In this document: positions 59,920 to 64,000 of the stretch, in pieces | How positions within the stretch are numbered: position 1 is the first letter of the stretch | Layout: every line of letters begins with the position of its first letter | NCBI GenBank assembly: GCA_964016885.1 | Contig: OZ024741.1 | Coordinates: forward strand, 343,108,001-343,172,000 | DNA length: 64,000 nt | Origin: Eledone cirrhosa | Taxonomy: Eukaryota | Direction of reading: 5' to 3' | Made by a program: the position numbers and the translations under genes | The notes under the pieces: model-generated | Database searches by the model: none | Told to the model about the DNA's origin: nothing | Seen by the model: only the letters and a program-made list of their open reading frames with translations

Positions 59920-60264
59920 ATACCTTCCTGCCAGATTGTTGAACGTATATACTTACCTTATGCATATTAACGGCTGAGTAGCCCAATTTGCATATCGAGT
60001 GGGTTAATCGGCCGGGTGCACCGAAAAGGATAAACGGAAACAATGAAACGAAATTTCATTTCCCACTCTTAGTACGTCTGTTACTTAAATATAAGTATGT
60101 TCACGTACATACATATATGTATACAGACGTACAGTAGTATATATACATACATGCACACATATATATATGTACGTATGGATTCACCGAACATTTATTATAT
60201 GGCTACTCAGCCGTTAATATGCATAAGGTAAGTATATACGTTCAACAATCTGGCAGGAAGGTAT

Positions 60265-60307
60265 ACGTTGCTGACGATAGCTAATAAGATTGAAACTAGT
60301 ACAGCGT
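60265..60307 (+). ncRNA. Minimal type I HHR motif (one stem II mismatch)
   Basis: ACGTTG-CTGACGA-TAGCT aata AGATT-GAAA-CTAG-TA-CAGCGT. Confidence 0.7.
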
Positions 60308-60508
60308 TCCATTGTCAGTGTTGAACAAACGAGCAACGATGGTTGCTAGACACTACGGCTTAATATGGGATGTTTGTTTACAAACACACCGAGCATTATA
60401 ATAAATGTTCGGTGAATCCATACGTACATATATATATGTGTGCATGTATGTATATATATATGCATACTACTGTATGTCTGTATACATATATGTATGTACG
60501 TGGACATA

Positions 60509-60558
<50 letters not shown>

Positions 60559-60562
60559 ATAT

Positions 60563-61210
60563 ATAAAATTAAAAAAGTGGAGAGTAACATGGTCAACAGT
60601 ACAAAAAAGGAGATTTATTTACAGTCTAACAATTGATTCACTGATAGAGTTGTCTAAAAATCGCTAAACACTGAAAGTAGTGCCACTCAATTTAAAATAC
60701 ATGTCATCTGCATCATATCCTCAGAGTCTAAGAGAAAATATAAATATATGCGTAACCGGCAAATTTATAAATTCAAATTGCCACATCAATAATAATATTA
60801 ATAATAAATATATAGAGAGAAAAAAAGGATAGATATAGTAAAGATAGAAAGGAAGGGAAGAAGAAAGACGAAAGAGAAAATATAAATATATGCGTAATGG
60901 GCAAATTTACAAATTCAAGTTTGAATTTGTAAATTGATTTGCATTTTAAATTGAATGGCACTACTTTCAGTGTTTAGCGGCTTTTAGACAACTCTATCAG
61001 TGAAACAATTGTTAGACTGTAAATAAATCTCCGTTTTTGTACTGTTGACCATGTTATTCTCCACTTTTTCAATTTTATTACTCCAAGTTAAACTTACATA
61101 GGAATACAAGGGAAGTCACCCACGTAAACCTCTTGTTGAGTCATACAACGCTGTACGCTAAAACTATCCACAACCTCTAATCGGATTACCTGTAACGATA
61201 TCTTGTTATC
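60563..61210. mobile_element. Fold-back element (arms 60563-60698 / 60943-61078) with degenerate HHR
   Basis: ~135-bp inverted repeat; GAAA-CAATTG-TT-AGAC in the right arm; CTGAGGA on the minus strand at ~60720. Confidence 0.75.
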
Positions 61211-61600
<390 letters not shown>

Positions 61601-61799
61601 CCGACCCTCTACACTGAGATAATTGCTGGTCTTGTGCCAAAAGTAGAAACAATTATTTTTTGTAATATATCAAATCAAAATTACATTATTAAATCTCATT
61701 CTTATTTTGCTTCTTGTAAATAATTTTTTCAAAATATCAATTCAAAACTTTTGTGAATAGTCATAATATCTTCTCATTTATCTATGGTTTAAATTTCAT

Positions 61800-62090
61800 A
61801 TGAATCGAAGGGAAAACGTTTTCAGCGGGGGTTTGTCCCTTCGGGGAACCCTAATAGGGGTTTTAATCCCCATTAGGGTGTCTTAATATTATTGAAGGGT
61901 AAACATCGAAGGGTAAACATTTTCAGCGGGGGTTTTGTATCCCAGGGGACCCCTTTGATTAAGATGAAATATACTTATCCAAGTACCCTGGGCAATGTAG
62001 TTTCAGAATATATATGGTTTTGGGAGTCTATCTCCTAAACGATAGGATTTCGTGAACAAACAAACAGGAATATAACTTTATATATAGAGA
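61800..62090 (-). mobile_element. Helitron-like non-autonomous element, 5' part
   Basis: Minus strand starts TCTCTATATATAAAG..TGTTTGTTTGTT; internal repeat GAAGGG.AAAC.TTTTCAGCGGGGGTTT. Confidence 0.5.
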
Positions 62091-62803
62091 TATACACACA
62101 CACACACACCCCCACGCACGCACCCCACCCCCCCACACACATACACTCATAAACACACACACACACACACACACAGTAGTAGGAGCACTAACACAGCATG
62201 ATTCATCATAGAGGCGTTCTTCACTTCAGTCTGTATCATTTCATTCTGAATCCCGATCCGGTCTGGTTCCTTCTCATCGTCATTACAGAGGTCGGAGGCA
62301 ATGGACAATCTATAAATCCTTGACTTTCATCGAGACAAAAGTGACGACCATTACCCGGAAGCTGGTTACTGAGGTTCCTTCATGACAAACGTGAAATCAT
62401 TGGATTCTGATAAATTATAAAGAACAGTAGATTCTACATTATCACAGATTGTGTACAGACAGAGTACAGCAACATATTATATACAAACGTGACAAGTACC
62501 CTCCTCCTCCTCCCCATCCTCCTCCCCATCCTCCTCCTCATCCCCCCTCTTCCCCGCATATCCCCCCTCCTCCTCCTCTTGCTCCCCCCTCCTGACCCTT
62601 CTCCTACCCCAAGCCTTCCCCTTCCTCCTCCTCTTGACCCCCCCATCCCATCTCGGGCAAATAGTTGACAACAACAACAACATGAACGTCAACAAGAATA
62701 TCAACTATCGCCCTGAATCTAGGACACAAAACGGCTCATTTAAAAATATTTATCTTTATATTAAAACTTCCTACTATAATTTTATTTTAAAAAAATTGTT
62801 AAA

Positions 62804-62986
62804 TAATTGTTTCTACTTTGGCACAAGGCCAGCAATTATCTCAGTGTAATACTAGTACTATATTTTATCGACCCCGTAATGATGAAAGACAAAGTTAACC
62901 TCGGCGGGATTTGAACTCAGATCATAAAATGCCGCAACTCTATGCTACCATGCTTGGCGTCCAACGCTCTACCGATACTGCCAATC
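62804..62986 (-). mobile_element. SINE copy
   Basis: Reverse complement of the SINE consensus. Confidence 0.85.
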
Positions 62987-63379
62987 AAAAGCCATTTGTA
63001 ATTTTATTAAATAATATTCTAATATTCTAAATATCAGCCTACTACTAAAAGATTCGGTAATTTTTAAAATTCCTTTACATTTTTATTTGTTTTCAAAATT
63101 AATTGAAACGCATAGACAGTTTCAATTAAAACCGGTAAAATAGGTTGCGTTGTGTAGTAAATGGCCTACACGTTTTAACTTTTCTTTCATCTTAATTAAA
63201 TAATTAGTCAAGTACTGGAAGTAATTTTATCACCTAACCTCCCCTTCAATGTCGGATATAATGGAGGGCGAATTGAGTGTCGTGTAGAATGGTTTGCGGT
63301 ATATATTCCTGTTTTCTATCTTTTGAATTCATATCCTGCTCAGGTCAACTTTGACTTTTATACATCCTGGTTAGATAAA

Positions 63380-63465
63380 TACAGGGTCGACTGAAAAGTT
63401 TATAGACTGTCCAAGATACTCTTATTGAATGACAAGATGAGGTTTATTCTTCAGCATAGTCCCCG
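63380..63465 (+). mobile_element. Mariner-like terminal fragment
   Basis: TA-CAGGGTCGACTGAAAAGTT.. resembles mariner TIR starts; no partner TIR seen. Confidence 0.45.
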
Positions 63466-63639
63466 AAAAGAAACATTGCAGTTATAAATACGAAGAGTTG
63501 AAATTAATGCATGCAAGATTTCACAGCTCCAGCATCAACACTACATAGTCAACAGATGGATACTTCAGCTGATTCTCGTATATTATCAGTCTAGAATGAA
63601 CTATAAAGATAACAAACACAACCACAGGGATATGGTCTA

Positions 63640-63870
63640 AACGTGGAAGAGCTGAACTCCCACTGTCATCGCCTCTCTCTCTCTCGCCCTCCCCCATCTC
63701 TCTGTATGGTGAGCAAATGGGGTCCCACGTGCTGGCCTACCCACAACCCCGGCGGTCAGAATGGAGAAGGCGTTTCCCCGGAGGATGGTAAGGGAGATGC
63801 TCTGGAAGAGCCATTCCAACTCGCGAGGCTCACACCTGCAGCTGGCCAGCTCAGCGACAGCTCAATTCTG
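63640..63870 (-). mobile_element. CRE-clade non-LTR element, 3' fragment
   Basis: Minus strand: EWLFQSISLTILRGNAFSIL, matching the CRE C-terminal (L)FQRxSxxxxRGNA motif. Confidence 0.7.
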
Positions 63871-64000
63871 CATTCATTTTTCTCTCTGACTTTCTCACAT
63901 TCTTTTAGGAAGAAATCGGTTATGGTTGTGAATACATATAAGGGGGAAAAAATCAAAGCAAAAATCATGAAGATGGGTGGTTACAGTTGGAATGGTATTA

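Larger units (their letters stand above)
59617..60512. mobile_element. Retrozyme-like 417-nt unit: 1.4 tandem units followed by an inverted copy
   Basis: Repeat starts at 59617 and 60034; 60201-60512 is the reverse complement of ~59675-59983; (TA)n on both sides. Confidence 0.85.

Overview
Gene-free, repeat-saturated, AT-rich animal genomic DNA. The microsatellite load and SINE types suggest an octopus or other coleoid cephalopod; this is inference, not a database result. No intact host gene is supported, and almost all listed ORFs are microsatellite read-throughs. Recognisable elements: a decayed Tx1/L1-type LINE (1-4810), R4/Dong-type RLE LINEs embedded in (TACA)n, two Penelope-like elements (RT + GIY-YIG), RTE and CRE fragments, a ~608-bp bipartite RTE-derived non-autonomous element (4 copies plus a relative), more than 20 tRNA-derived SINE copies, small DNA-transposon and Helitron ends, and several minisatellites. 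The main unexplained signal is a dense set of short non-coding elements, mostly bounded by (TA)n. They carry type-I hammerhead ribozyme (HHR) motifs from several unrelated sequence families: roughly a dozen near-complete motifs plus degenerate or half copies. They occur either as 'unit + partial unit' direct repeats (488, 417, 703, 634 nt) or as fold-back inverted repeats. This is what non-autonomous Penelope-dependent retrozymes (circular-RNA retroelements) would look like. All structures were read by eye; no folding or searches were run.
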